From the NCBI GenBank assembly GCA_963586845.1, contig CAVABN010000001.1, positions 15,584 to 79,583 on the forward strand: 64,000 nt of DNA, written 5' to 3'. The translations under genes and the position numbers were made by a program. This stretch comes from Bifidobacteriaceae bacterium. Its GTDB lineage: Archaea; Thermoplasmatota; Thermoplasmata; Methanomassiliicoccales; Methanomethylophilaceae. The notes under the pieces were generated by a model. It was not told the DNA's origin and searched no databases. It saw nothing but the letters and a program-made list of their open reading frames with translations. Shown here piece by piece: positions 31,376 through 41,398 of this stretch. Position 1 is the first letter of the stretch. The number at the start of each line of letters is the position of its first letter.

Positions 31376-32074
31376 ATGGTCAATCTCGACGACGCCATAA
31401 CCGCCCGCCTGGAGACCCACGGGGAGACCTTCGAGATCCTCCTGGACCCCAAGGTGGTCGACCTGATCAAACAGGGCAAGAAGTTCGACATAGTCGAATA
31501 CATGGCGGTGGAGGACGTCTTCAAGAACGCATCCAAAGGCACCAGGCCCCCCGAGGAGAAGACCAGGGAGGCCTTCGGGACCATGGATGTGGCGGAGATC
31601 GCCCGGAAGATCGTCGAGAAGGGAGAAATCCAGATAACGTCCGAGCAGCGCAAGGAGATGCTGGAGGCGAAGAGGCAGCAGGTCATCGCATACATCGCGG
31701 CCAACGCCATCAACCCCCAGACCCACACGCCCCATCCCCCGCTGAGGATCGAGCTCGCCCTCGAGGAGGCCAAATTCCACGTGGACGCGTTCAAGCCCCT
31801 CGAGAAGGAGATCGAGGAGGCGATGAAGCTGCTGCGCCCGCTGATCCCGATAAGGTTCGAGAAGAGCCGCATCGCCATCAAGCTCAAGGGCACGGACTAC
31901 GGCAGATGCTACGACGAGATAACCCACTACGGCATCGTCGAGCACGAGGTCTGGACCCCCGAGGGGGACTGGATCGGCGCCATGGAGATCCCTGCGGGGA
32001 CCATAACCGAGCTGACCGAGAAGCTGAAGCACAAGACGAAAGGCACGGCCTCGGTCAAGCTCATCAACGAATGA
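31376..32074 (+). CDS. SBDS-family ribosome maturation protein
   Basis: 232 aa. Typical SBDS N-terminal FYSH-like region (ARLETHGETFEILLDP) and conserved position in the superoperon. Confidence 0.88.
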   Translation: MVNLDDAITARLETHGETFEILLDPKVVDLIKQGKKFDIVEYMAVEDVFKNASKGTRPPEEKTREAFGTMDVAEIARKIVEKGEIQITSEQRKEMLEAKRQQVIAYIAANAINPQTHTPHPPLRIELALEEAKFHVDAFKPLEKEIEEAMKLLRPLIPIRFEKSRIAIKLKGTDYGRCYDEITHYGIVEHEVWTPEGDWIGAMEIPAGTITELTEKLKHKTKGTASVKLINE

Positions 32075-32093
32075 AGTTAACAGAGTGATACGA

Positions 32094-32807
32094 ATGGAGA
32101 GAAGAAACACCAGACAGACGCGCGAGATCGTCGTCCCGGGCGATGTCCTGGACGGCACCGGCATGAAACCCGGGGACTTCGCCTACTTCGACAAGGGGAA
32201 GGTCCGCGCCAGCGTCATGGGCGTGCGCAACGTGTATCAGAACACGGTCGGCGTCATCCCGCTCAGGGGATGCTACATGCCCACATCCGGCGACACGGTC
32301 ATCGGAGTCATAGTCGACATCGGACCTTCCAACTGGCTCGTCGACATCGGGGCGCCCTATCCCGCGCCGCTGCATGTGAACGAGGTCCCCTGGAAGGTGG
32401 AGTTCGGCGACACGTCCCGCTACCTCGGGATGGGGAACGTCGTGCTCCTGAAGGTCCTGTCCGTGGACGAGAGCAAGAAGATTCAGGTCACAATGAAGGA
32501 CTCGGGCCTCAGGAGGCTCGAGGGAGGGAGGCTCGTGAAGGTCTCCCACACCAAGGTCTCCAGGATCATCGGCAAGAGCGGGTCCATGATCTCCATGCTG
32601 AAGAACATGACCGACTGCCGCGTGACGGTCGGGAACAACGGCATGGTGTGGATCGACGGGGACGAGGAGAACGCCGACGTCGCCGTGCAGGCCGTCAGGA
32701 TGATCGAGGAGAAGGCCCAGTGCGGCAACCTCACGGACATTATCAAAGAATTTATCGAGAAGAAGCTCCCCCAGAGCGAAGACGATGATGATGAGGGGGA
32801 GGAGTGA
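32094..32807 (+). CDS. rrp4: exosome complex RNA-binding protein Rrp4
   Basis: S1 plus KH ([17 protein letters not shown]) domains and an acidic tail. ATG at 32094; the track ORF starts at GTG 32085. Confidence 0.92.
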   Translation: MERRNTRQTREIVVPGDVLDGTGMKPGDFAYFDKGKVRASVMGVRNVYQNTVGVIPLRGCYMPTSGDTVIGVIVDIGPSNWLVDIGAPYPAPLHVNEVPWKVEFGDTSRYLGMGNVVLLKVLSVDESKKIQVTMKDSGLRRLEGGRLVKVSHTKVSRIIGKSGSMISMLKNMTDCRVTVGNNGMVWIDGDEENADVAVQAVRMIEEKAQCGNLTDIIKEFIEKKLPQSEDDDDEGEE

Positions 32808-32809
32808 CA

Positions 32810-33547
32810 ATGAGCGGACACACTGATATGGTATTGGTCGATGAGAACGGAATGCGCATCGACGGGAGGACCGCGGAACAGCACAGGCCCATCAAGATCG
32901 AGGCCGGCGTCCTCCACAACGCGGACGGATCCGCATACGTCGAGATCGGGAAGAACAAGGTCCTCGCGGCCGTGTACGGACCCAGGGAGTGCCACCCCAG
33001 GCACCTCCAGAACCCCGAGAAGGCGATCGTGCAGGTCAAGTACAACATGGAGGCCTACTCCGTCTCCGACAGGAAGAGGCCCGGGACCGACAGGAGGAGC
33101 ATCGAGATCTCCAAGATCACCGCCGAGGCCCTCGAGAAGGTCGTCCTGACCGAGCTGTACCCCCGCGCGTCCATCGATGTGTACATCGAGATCCTCCAGG
33201 CCAACGCCGGGACCAGGTGCGCCGGGCTCACCGCCGCGTCCGTGGCCCTCGCCGATGCGGGCATCCCCATGAGGGACATCGTGCCCGCCATCGCCGCCGG
33301 CAAGGCCGACGGGAAGGTCCTCCTCGACCTGAACAAGGAGGAGGACAACTACGGCCAGGCCGATGTGCCCATAGCCATCGTTCCCTCGACCGACGAGATC
33401 GTCCTCCTGCAGATGGACGGGAACATGACCCGCGCGGAGTTCGACCACGCCATCGAGCTGGCCGTGAACGCCTGCCACGAGGTGCACGACCTGCAGGTCG
33501 ACGCACTCAAGAGGCGCTATTCCAAATCCCAGGAGGCATCCGAATGA
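32810..33547 (+). CDS. rrp41: exosome complex exonuclease Rrp41 (RNase PH fold)
   Basis: [50 protein letters not shown] lies 7 nt before ATG 32810. A GTG at 32804 is an alternative start. Confidence 0.93.
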   Translation: MSGHTDMVLVDENGMRIDGRTAEQHRPIKIEAGVLHNADGSAYVEIGKNKVLAAVYGPRECHPRHLQNPEKAIVQVKYNMEAYSVSDRKRPGTDRRSIEISKITAEALEKVVLTELYPRASIDVYIEILQANAGTRCAGLTAASVALADAGIPMRDIVPAIAAGKADGKVLLDLNKEEDNYGQADVPIAIVPSTDEIVLLQMDGNMTRAEFDHAIELAVNACHEVHDLQVDALKRRYSKSQEASE

Positions 33548-34317
33548 GCAACGAGTTGATGTCCGAGATCAAGCGCGACCACATCATGCACCTGCTCGAG
33601 GAGGGCAGGAGGCAGGACGGCCGCGGCGTGAAGGACTTCAGGAGCATCGAGGTCGAGACGGGCCTCATCGAGTCCGCGGACGGATCCGCCAGGGTCCGCC
33701 TCGGCAACACCACCGTCATCGCCGGGATCAAGATCATCCCCGGCACCCCCTTCGGAGACACCCCGAACCTCGGAGTGCTCACCACCGGGATGGAGCTCAT
33801 CCCCATGGCGCACCCCACGTTCGAGTCGGGACCCCCCGGAGAGGACGCCATCGAGCTGGCACGTGTCGTGGACCGCGGTATCCGCGAGTCCGGCATGGTG
33901 GATGTGGAGGCTCTCTGCATCACGCCCGGAGAGGAAGTCTGGATGTGCTACATCGACATCTACGCCATCGACCACGACGGCAACCTGTTCGATGCCGCCA
34001 ACCTCGCGGCCGTCGCCGCGCTGAAATCCGCCATAGTGCCCGGCGAGCAGTACGGCAAGGGACCCAACAAGCCCCTGCCCGTGACCTGCACGCCCATTTC
34101 CGTGACGGAGGCCAAAGTCGGAAACACATTAATAGTAGACCCCGACTACGACGAAGAGCAGATTTCAACCGCGCGTCTGACGGTCACGACCGACGACAAC
34201 GGCAACTTCAGGGCCATGCAGAAGGGCGGGTGCGGCTCGATCACCCTTGACGAGCTTCGCCAGTGCCTGGACAGGTCCGTGGAGATCGGCGCGGAGATCA
34301 GAAAAATCATTGGGTGA
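33544..34317 (+). CDS. rrp42: exosome complex protein Rrp42
   Basis: [34 protein letters not shown]... The start overlaps the rrp41 stop (ATGA). Confidence 0.93.
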   Translation: MSNELMSEIKRDHIMHLLEEGRRQDGRGVKDFRSIEVETGLIESADGSARVRLGNTTVIAGIKIIPGTPFGDTPNLGVLTTGMELIPMAHPTFESGPPGEDAIELARVVDRGIRESGMVDVEALCITPGEEVWMCYIDIYAIDHDGNLFDAANLAAVAALKSAIVPGEQYGKGPNKPLPVTCTPISVTEAKVGNTLIVDPDYDEEQISTARLTVTTDDNGNFRAMQKGGCGSITLDELRQCLDRSVEIGAEIRKIIG

Positions 34318-34323
34318 TCCCAC

Positions 34324-34575
34324 ATGGCAAAAAGGACAGTCAAGGCGGGCAGCTCCGGCAGATTCGGAGCCAGATACGGAGTCATCGTCCGCAACAGGAT
34401 CAAGAACATCGAGGCCCAGCAGAAACAGAAGCACGAGTGCCCGGTATGCCACCACGCTGCCGTGAAGAGGCAGTCCTCCGGCATCTGGTACTGCGCGCAC
34501 TGCGACACCAAGTTCGCCGCCGGCGCCTACACCCCCAAGACCAAGAGGGAGATCTCTCAGGTCAGCGAGCAGTGA
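34324..34575 (+). CDS. rpl37ae: 50S ribosomal protein L37Ae (eL43)
   Basis: MAKRTVKAGSSGRFGARYG... plus the Zn ribbon CPVC...CAHC. Confidence 0.95.
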   Translation: MAKRTVKAGSSGRFGARYGVIVRNRIKNIEAQQKQKHECPVCHHAAVKRQSSGIWYCAHCDTKFAAGAYTPKTKREISQVSEQ

Positions 34576-34581
34576 GCCACG

Positions 34582-34713
34582 ATGTACAGATGCGCCAAGT
34601 GCAACGAGCCCGTCAGGAACGTCAACGCCCTGGGGCTCCAATGCGAGAAATGCGGATCCAAGATCTTCTTCAAAGAGAGACCCAACGTGAAGAAGGTCCT
34701 GAAGTCCGACTGA
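34582..34713 (+). CDS. rpoP: DNA-directed RNA polymerase subunit P (Rpo12)
   Basis: 43-aa ORF, not in the track: MYRCAKCNEPVRNVNALGLQCEKCGSKIFFKERPNVKKVLKSD. CxxC...CxxC Zn ribbon and the canonical position after L37Ae. Confidence 0.85.
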   Translation: MYRCAKCNEPVRNVNALGLQCEKCGSKIFFKERPNVKKVLKSD

Positions 34714-34716
34714 GCG

Positions 34717-34956
34717 ATGCTCAAGGCGACCCTGCGGATGGACGGCGGAACCGCCGAGGCGGCCGTCGAATCCATCCGCCCGGAATCCGGCAGGGAACTG
34801 CCCAGGACCCGGTCCTCCGTCGAGATGGCGGAGGGGACCGCCGTCATAAGCATCGAAGCCGCCGACTCTTCAGCTATGAGGGCGGCCCTCAACTCATACC
34901 TGGAATGCATCGCAGTAGTACAGAAGGTGGAGCACATCGCCAAGGTGAGACAATGA
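34717..34956 (+). CDS. pcc1: KEOPS complex subunit Pcc1-like
   Basis: 79 aa. ...ISIEAADSSAMRAALNSYLECI... matches the Pcc1/CTAG signature. Conserved neighbourhood. Confidence 0.75.
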   Translation: MLKATLRMDGGTAEAAVESIRPESGRELPRTRSSVEMAEGTAVISIEAADSSAMRAALNSYLECIAVVQKVEHIAKVRQ

Positions 34957-35324
34957 ACAGCATCAGCCCCCAGCTTCAGAACCAGATCGCCCAGTACCAG
35001 CAGGTGCAGCAGCAGCTCCAGGCCGTCTCCGGCCAGAAGATGCAGTTCGACACCCAGAAGAGGGAGATGGCGAGGACGCTCGAAGAGCTCAACTCGGCTA
35101 CCGGGGACGTCTACAAGTCCGCCGGATCCCTGCTGATCAAGGTCGAGGACAAGGACAAGCTGAAGAGCGACCTGGAGGAGTCCATCGAGACCATGGAGGT
35201 CAGGATCTCCAGCCTGGACCGCCAGGAGAAGTCCCTTCAGGAGAAGTTCAAGGTCCTCGCCGACACCATCAACGCCGCCATGGGCAACGCGCCCGCGAAG
35301 GCCGCGACGGAAGACGAGGAGTGA
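34953..35324 (+). CDS. pfdB: prefoldin subunit beta
   Basis: Coiled-coil protein: QLQNQIAQYQQVQQQLQAV...LEELN...VYKSAGSLLIK. The start overlaps the pcc1 stop (ATGA). Confidence 0.9.
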   Translation: MNSISPQLQNQIAQYQQVQQQLQAVSGQKMQFDTQKREMARTLEELNSATGDVYKSAGSLLIKVEDKDKLKSDLEESIETMEVRISSLDRQEKSLQEKFKVLADTINAAMGNAPAKAATEDEE

Positions 35325-35419
35325 CCAAACACCCTTACCCCAAACCCGATTACCTTCTTCTCACATTTCTTAGACGACGAAGCGCACCCATTATATCTCA
35401 GAACGTTCGGTTCGAACGC

Positions 35420-36139
35420 ATGGATGCACTCGTACTGCAAGACGTGCGCAAATCATACGGCGAACGCGAGGCCGTCCACGGCATATCGCTGACCGTCAAG
35501 GAGGGCGAGATCTTCGGTCTGATAGGCCACAACGGGGCCGGGAAGACCACCACCCTCAGGATGATATCCACTATACTCAGGATCACCGGCGGGAGGATCT
35601 CGGTGTTCGGGCACGACGTCGCTACCGAACCGGAGGAGGTCCGCAGGATAATCAGCTACCTGCCGGAGGACGCGGGAGCCTACAAGGACCTCACCGGACG
35701 CGCGTACCTGGAGTTCATGGCCAGCTTCTTCGCCTCCGGGGCCGAGAAGGAGGAGATGGTATCCCGGGGCATCGCCCTCGCCGACCTCGGCGAGAGGATA
35801 GATTCCAAAGTGGACACCTACAGCAAGGGGATGATGAGGCGCCTGCTCATCGCGAGGGCCATCATGCCCCATCCGAAGCTCGCCATCATGGACGAGGTCA
35901 CCTCCGGGCTGGATGTGATCAACGCCTACGAGATCAGGGAGGTCATCAGGGAGATCGCGCGTTCCGGCGTCACCGTCGTGATGTCGTCGCACAACATGTT
36001 CGAGGTGGACATGCTCTGCGACCGCGTCGGGATGATCGACCAGGGCAACCTGATCCTCCTGGGGTCCCCCGAGGATCTGAAGGAGGAGTACGGGGTGCAG
36101 ACCCTGGAGGAAGTGTTCGTCAAGGCGGTGAAAGGTTGA
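35420..36139 (+). CDS. ABC transporter ATP-binding protein
   Basis: Walker A GHNGAGKTTT, signature YSKGMMRRL, Walker B AIMDEVTSGLD. The first 33 aa of the track ORF are spurious. Confidence 0.92.
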   Translation: MDALVLQDVRKSYGEREAVHGISLTVKEGEIFGLIGHNGAGKTTTLRMISTILRITGGRISVFGHDVATEPEEVRRIISYLPEDAGAYKDLTGRAYLEFMASFFASGAEKEEMVSRGIALADLGERIDSKVDTYSKGMMRRLLIARAIMPHPKLAIMDEVTSGLDVINAYEIREVIREIARSGVTVVMSSHNMFEVDMLCDRVGMIDQGNLILLGSPEDLKEEYGVQTLEEVFVKAVKG

Positions 36140-37491
36140 GCCACGTAGCCACGATAATCAGGAAGGAGATCAGGGAGATGCTCTCCCCGGGATCGGTCGT
36201 TTCGGTCCTGGTGATGGTCATCCTGTTCGCCGGACTCGGAGGGCTCATAGGAGGGGAGGTGGAGAAGACCGCCGAACTCCCCAAGTTCGCGATAATCACC
36301 GAGGACGGCTACGCATCCGAATACAACGGGCAGACCGTCGTGTGGGATCCCCTGGCGTATCTGTACGACGCCTACGGCAGCAAATCCGACAGGATCGTCG
36401 TCCTCTCGGACCGCAGCGATTCCGGCATCATAGACGGGATGAAGGCCAACGGCCTGACGTCCGCCATAGTGCTCCCCACGGCGCAGCAGTTCGCAGACGG
36501 CATGTCCGGCGCCAAGCCGATGAACGTGCTCCAATACTACATCTACGAGCCGTCCGGCATGTTCGGATCCGTCTCGTCGACGGTCATGAGCACCATCGTC
36601 AACCTGCTCAACACCGACCTGTCCAAGAAGCTCATCGCCACCGGAGGCTCCCAGGAGGACTACTCCTTCGTCACGGCCCCCCTGTCGTCGGGCAGCGGCT
36701 CCATCAGCACCATCGTCAACGGCGAATCCTACAACGGGGTGACCCCTTACGACATATCCAACACTGTGAGCAGCCAGACCATGATGATCCCGCTGGTCAT
36801 CATGATCATCATCACGATGATCGGGAGCATCGTCATCAGCTCCATGGGATCCGAGAAGGAGAACAAGACGCTCGAGACGTTGCTGACCCTGCCGATCAGG
36901 AGGACGTCGATCGTCAGCGGGAAGATCGTAGCCGCCGCGATCGTCGGACTGATCTACGGTCTGGCCTACATGGTCGGGATGTCGATCTACATGAACTCCA
37001 TGACCGGGATGATCAGCGATTCGTCGGTCGGCGTGGACCTCGCATCGATCGGCATGGCGCTGGACCTCTCGGACTGGGCGCTGATCATGGTGTCCATGTT
37101 CCTGGCCATCGTGTGCGCCCTCGGCATCTGCATGATCCTCGGAGCGTTCTCCAAGAACTACAAGACCGCGCAGACCATGACGATGCCTCTGAGCATCCTC
37201 GCCATGATCCCCATGTTCGTGATCATGTTCACCGGATGGTACGGCGCCGGGTCCGCCCTGCAGGGCGTGTGCTTCGCGATACCGTTCTCCCACCCGATGA
37301 TGGCCATGCAGGCCCTGATGAACGGGGATATGGCACTGGTGCTCGCCGGGATCGCGTACATGGCCGTGTTCGCGATCGCGACCATCCTGGTGACGGTGAG
37401 GATCTACAGCTCGGACATACTCGTCACCGGCCTGGGACAGAGCAGATTGGTCCAGAAGCTGACCGGGCGCAAGCGAACATCAAATACGTGA
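36136..37491 (+). CDS. ABC-2-type transporter permease with large extracytoplasmic loop
   Basis: 451 aa: N-terminal TM helix, an approx 200-aa loop, then 5-6 TM helices. The TTG start overlaps the ATPase stop. Confidence 0.85.
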   Translation: MSHVATIIRKEIREMLSPGSVVSVLVMVILFAGLGGLIGGEVEKTAELPKFAIITEDGYASEYNGQTVVWDPLAYLYDAYGSKSDRIVVLSDRSDSGIIDGMKANGLTSAIVLPTAQQFADGMSGAKPMNVLQYYIYEPSGMFGSVSSTVMSTIVNLLNTDLSKKLIATGGSQEDYSFVTAPLSSGSGSISTIVNGESYNGVTPYDISNTVSSQTMMIPLVIMIIITMIGSIVISSMGSEKENKTLETLLTLPIRRTSIVSGKIVAAAIVGLIYGLAYMVGMSIYMNSMTGMISDSSVGVDLASIGMALDLSDWALIMVSMFLAIVCALGICMILGAFSKNYKTAQTMTMPLSILAMIPMFVIMFTGWYGAGSALQGVCFAIPFSHPMMAMQALMNGDMALVLAGIAYMAVFAIATILVTVRIYSSDILVTGLGQSRLVQKLTGRKRTSNT

Positions 37492-37507
37492 CGTCAATCG
37501 GGATATC

Positions 37508-38485
37508 ATGCTGAGCCGTATCGCGAAGGAGCTCTCGTCCGAGGGTACGAAGGCCGTGCTGGTCCACGGCAACGCGGACATGGATGCGCTGGGGTCCGCC
37601 TACGCCATAGCGAGGTGCTTCCCCGGATGCGCCATATTCGCCCCCGACGGGCTGGACCGCGTGTCGAAGATGGTCGCCGCCAAGACCGAGACCGCCGTTC
37701 GCGACGGTCTGGGGGAGGGGTTCGACCGCATCGTGGTCGTGGACACTTCCTCGCCGGAGCAGCTGTGCTCCGAAGACGGATTCCGTGCGGATGTGGTGAT
37801 AGACCACCACAAGCCCACCGGCAGGTGGGACGGGGTGGAGCTGTTCTATTGCGACGAGGACCGCTCGTCCTGTTGCGAGATCGTCAAGGACCTCATCGAG
37901 ACCGCCGGGATCGACATCCCGAGGGATGTGGCGCTGATGCTCATGGGCGGGATGCTCACGGACAGCGGGCACTTCCAGTTCGCCAACGCGAAGCTGCTGA
38001 GGGCTTTCTCCGAGCTCATGACGATGCACGGCATCGCCATGGACGAGGCCATGGGTTTCGTGCAGGCCGGAGTCAGCATATCCGAGAGGATCGCGATGCT
38101 GAAGGCCGTCAGCCGCGTGAGGGTCGAGCGCGTCGGTCAGATGATCGTCGCCACCTCCGCGGCGGGGAGCTTCGAGGCATCGTCCTGCAGGGCCCTGCTC
38201 GCATCAGGGGCGGATGTGGCCTTCGTCGGATCCCAGAGGGACGATGAGTTCAGGATAAGCGGCCGCGCCACCCAGGAGGCCGTCCGCAAGGGGATCCATC
38301 TCGGCGAGATACTCGGGCGCGTCGGCGGAGAGACCATGAGCGATGCGGGAGGCCACGGGGCCGCCGCCGGGATCAACGGCATCGGCGACGTGGAGGCCAT
38401 GCTCATGATCTGCATGGAGAACACGATGGACGCTATGCGCCGCATCCGCGAGAAGGAGGATGCGGAGAGGCTCGCGAACCTCTGA
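37508..38485 (+). CDS. DHH/DHHA1-family phosphoesterase (NrnA-like)
   Basis: HGNADMDALGS, VVDTS, DHH and GGHGAAAG motifs. Confidence 0.88.
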   Translation: MLSRIAKELSSEGTKAVLVHGNADMDALGSAYAIARCFPGCAIFAPDGLDRVSKMVAAKTETAVRDGLGEGFDRIVVVDTSSPEQLCSEDGFRADVVIDHHKPTGRWDGVELFYCDEDRSSCCEIVKDLIETAGIDIPRDVALMLMGGMLTDSGHFQFANAKLLRAFSELMTMHGIAMDEAMGFVQAGVSISERIAMLKAVSRVRVERVGQMIVATSAAGSFEASSCRALLASGADVAFVGSQRDDEFRISGRATQEAVRKGIHLGEILGRVGGETMSDAGGHGAAAGINGIGDVEAMLMICMENTMDAMRRIREKEDAERLANL

Positions 38486-38497
38486 AATGTTTTTCGA

Positions 38498-38523
38498 CCG
38501 CCCGGGATCCGATTCCCGGGCGG
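38498..38523. terminator. 10-bp hairpin CCGCCCGGGA-TCCGAT-TCCCGGGCGG between convergent genes
   Basis: Perfect inverted repeat, preceded by TTTTT. Lies between the DHH stop and the tyrS stop. Confidence 0.45.
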
Positions 38524-38532
38524 GTCCCCGCT

Positions 38533-39600
38533 TCAGCGGAGCTTTTTAAGATTCTCTACGATGGACTTGAGGTTCTCGTAGTTCTCGGGGTGGGCCTCGA
38601 AGTAGGCCCTCACCGGAGCGAGGGTCTCGTACAATCCGTCGGTGACGCCGGACTTCAGGTCCACGGGCGAGAGCCCTCCGCCGTAGTAGGCGGCCTTGAG
38701 CTCCTCGTAGCTGGCGAAGTCGATGGGTCCGCCGTACTTCTCGGGACGGTCGATGTGCATGCGGCCCTGCCTCGGGAAGAGGATGTACCTGCAGATCATC
38801 ATGATCGGGTTGACGTCCTCGTTCTCGGCCTCGGGCGGGCAGTACGCCTTCTTCATCTTGGCGGCGATGTCCTCCTTGGTGTCGTGGATCCTGATGTTCC
38901 CGGAGGGGTCGCTCTTGGACATCTTGGACTCGACGGGGTCCATCCTGTTGCCTCCCTTCAATCCGGGGAGCAGAGGGGTGTGGAGCGCGACAGGCTTGCT
39001 CCATCCGAGCTTGTCCGCGGCATCCCTGGTGAGCATGTGGGCCCTGCGCTGGTCCAGACCGGCGTAGGCCAGGTCCATGTCCATGAAGAATATGTCCGTG
39101 GCCTGGAGGATCGGGTAGAACAGCTTGGATGCGTCCACCTCCGCCTCGTCCTCGGACCTTCCCATGATGGTCATGGCCCTCTTGACCCTCGACAGCGAGG
39201 TGACCTTGGCCACCTTGATGGCCATCTCCCAGTAGCTGATGTCCGAGAGGACGTCGCTGGCGTAGCGGAAGGTGACCTTGTCCTCGGGGACCCCGAGGGC
39301 GATGAAACAGTCCTGCATGTACCTGGCGCAGGCCTTGATGTTGTCCAGGTCCCCGCCCAGCTTGTCGTTGATGTAGGCGTGCCAATCCGCCCAGTAGACC
39401 GTGACCTGGAACCCGGCGTCGGCCAGGTCCCTGATCTTCTGCGCGACCAGGACCCAGCCGAGGTGGACGAGTCCGGACGGCTCGAAGCCGATGTACGCGG
39501 TGGGGTGCTCCTTGGTCCTGAGGAGGTTCTCGATCTCCTCCTCGGTGACTACCTCGACGGTGTTCCGGGTCACAAGGGCCACTTTCTCTTCGACGTTCAT
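38533..39600 (-). CDS. tyrS: tyrosyl-tRNA synthetase (archaeal type)
   Basis: AYIGFEPSGLVHLG..., KMSKS, and alignment by eye to the M. jannaschii TyrRS layout. Starts at MNVEEK (39598-39600). The upstream 23 aa of the track ORF are unlikely to be translated. Confidence 0.92.
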   Translation of the reverse strand: MNVEEKVALVTRNTVEVVTEEEIENLLRTKEHPTAYIGFEPSGLVHLGWVLVAQKIRDLADAGFQVTVYWADWHAYINDKLGGDLDNIKACARYMQDCFIALGVPEDKVTFRYASDVLSDISYWEMAIKVAKVTSLSRVKRAMTIMGRSEDEAEVDASKLFYPILQATDIFFMDMDLAYAGLDQRRAHMLTRDAADKLGWSKPVALHTPLLPGLKGGNRMDPVESKMSKSDPSGNIRIHDTKEDIAAKMKKAYCPPEAENEDVNPIMMICRYILFPRQGRMHIDRPEKYGGPIDFASYEELKAAYYGGGLSPVDLKSGVTDGLYETLAPVRAYFEAHPENYENLKSIVENLKKLR

Positions 39601-39628
39601 TTGGATCGCGTGCCCATAGCCTGCCCCA

Positions 39629-41398
39629 TTAAAAGCAGTGTCGTCGGCGATCCCCGCCGCGCGCTCCACATTTCGAAGAGTTTCGTGTCATACTGCATGC
39701 AGTCCCAGGCTTTATCAGCCGGACCGCAGACACGCGACCATGGACCCCGCGATGATGGCGATCTGCATGGGCATGGCCGCGGCAGGGTGCTTGATGGGCC
39801 TGTTCAGCGGGATCGTCCCCGGCATACACGTCAACACCCTCGCCGCCATCATGCTGGCGTTCAACGCATCCATCCAAGGGGTCCTCCCCCTGGAGCCGGA
39901 GCAGTCCGCTATGGCGACGGGCTGCTGCATCATGGCCGCGTCGGTGGTCCATTCGTTCGTGGACTTCGTCCCGTCGGTGTTCATCGGGGCCCCGGATTCC
40001 GAGGACGCCGTCTCCGTGCTGCCGGGACACCGGCTCCTGCTCGAAGGCAGGGGGATGGAAGCGGTCCGCGCGGCCGCCATCGGGAGCCTGGTGGGATGCT
40101 CCGCATCCATACTCATGGCGGTGCCGCTGCAATGGGTCCTGCTGAACGGCGCGGCGGAGACGCTGGATTCCCTGACGCCCTTCGTCCTGGTCATCGCGTG
40201 CCTGGTCCTGCTGAACGGGGAGAGGTCCCGCGGCAGGCTCCCGCAGGGGATCTTCGTGTTCGTCCTCTCCGGCATCCTGGGACTGGGGTGCATGATCCTC
40301 CCCGTACCCGTGGAGGGCGTGATGGAGGGGGGCAGCGTCATGATGCCCCTGCTCACGGGACTGTTCGGCATCCCCGTGATGCTCGAGACGTCCTCGGAAG
40401 CGAGGATCCCGGTTCAGAAGGACAGGGTGAAGGACCCGGTGGGTCCGATCCCCGGCCTGAGAGGCGTGCTGATGGGCACTCTGGCCGGCTGGTTCCCCGG
40501 GATCACGTCCACCGTGGGCGCATCGATGTCCGCGGTCGTGTTCCCCGAGAGGCGCCCGGAGAGGTTCATCTCCACCGTGGCGTCCATCGGGACCGTGACA
40601 TCCATCCTGTCGCTCGTGACGCTGTCGGTATCGGGCAACGGGAGGTCGGGGACGGCCCTCGTGATAAAGGAGATGATAGGGGACTCGATGATCGGGCCCG
40701 CGTCGGAGCCCTTCCTGATCCTGCTGCTGTCCTCGGCGGTGGCGTCCCTCGCGGGATACTGGCTGACGATAGCCAGCGGAAAAGTGTTCGCGAGGATCGC
40801 CGGAGGGATAAGACCCAGGCGCCTCGGCAGGACGGTCCTGGTACTGCTGGTGGTACTGACCCTCGTCCTCACCGGGCCGGCGGGCCTGTTCATCCTGCTG
40901 TGCGCGACGTTCGTCGGTCTGGTGCCCTCGGCGCTGGGCACCGGGAGGCTGGTCCTGTGCGGATGCCTGCTGCTCCCGGTGCTGCTGTTCAAGTTCGGGC
41001 TGTTCCGATCGCTGTTCCAGCTTGGAGAGGGCCTTGGCCATGAACTTCTCGTTGTCCACGACGAACCTCTCGTGGGTGCCGGACCCGACCTCGCCCTTGG
41101 CGTCCCTGACGACGACCTTGAACACGAGCCTCCTGCGGTCGATCTCCACGAGCTCTGTCTCGCATGTCACGTCCATGCCGACGGGGGTCGCCGCGGAGTG
41201 GGCGACGTCGAGGTGCGTGCCGACGGTGCTGCGGCCCTCCTCGAGGTGGGGGGCCACGCTCTCGCTGGCGGTTCCTTCGATCAACGCGATCATGGCGGGG
41301 GTGGCGAACACGGAGAGCCAGCCGCTCCCCATGGCGGCAGCCGTGTTCTCGTCCGTGACTGCGATCGTCTTCGTGCCTTTGATTCCGGTGCTGAGCAT
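39629..41398 (-). CDS. hotdog-fold thioesterase (FlK-like); only the N-terminal approx 130 aa look genuine, with no stop until 39629
   Basis: MLSTGIKGTKTIAVTDENTAAAMGSGWLSVFATPAMIALIEG...GTHERFVVDNEKFMAKA is a complete thioesterase domain ending near 41010. The frame then stays open as an R/H/Q/G-rich shadow of the membrane gene. Confidence 0.6.
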   Translation of the reverse strand: MLSTGIKGTKTIAVTDENTAAAMGSGWLSVFATPAMIALIEGTASESVAPHLEEGRSTVGTHLDVAHSAATPVGMDVTCETELVEIDRRRLVFKVVVRDAKGEVGSGTHERFVVDNEKFMAKALSKLEQRSEQPELEQQHREQQASAQDQPPGAQRRGHQTDERRAQQDEQARRPGEDEGQYHQQYQDRPAEAPGSYPSGDPREHFSAGYRQPVSREGRHRRGQQQDQEGLRRGPDHRVPYHLLYHEGRPRPPVARYRQRHERQDGCHGPDGRHGGDEPLRAPLGEHDRGHRCAHGGRDPGEPAGQSAHQHASQAGDRTHRVLHPVLLNRDPRFRGRLEHHGDAEQSREQGHHDAAPLHHALHGYGEDHAPQSQDAGEDEHEDPLREPAAGPLPVQQDQARDDQDEGRQGIQRLRRAVQQDPLQRHRHEYGCGASHQAPDGGRADRFHPPAFEQEPVSRQHGDGVLGIRGPDEHRRDEVHERMDHRRGHDAAARRHSGLLRLQGEDPLDGCVERQHDGGEGVDVYAGDDPAEQAHQAPCRGHAHADRHHRGVHGRVSAVRLIKPGTACSMTRNSSKCGARGGDRRRHCF

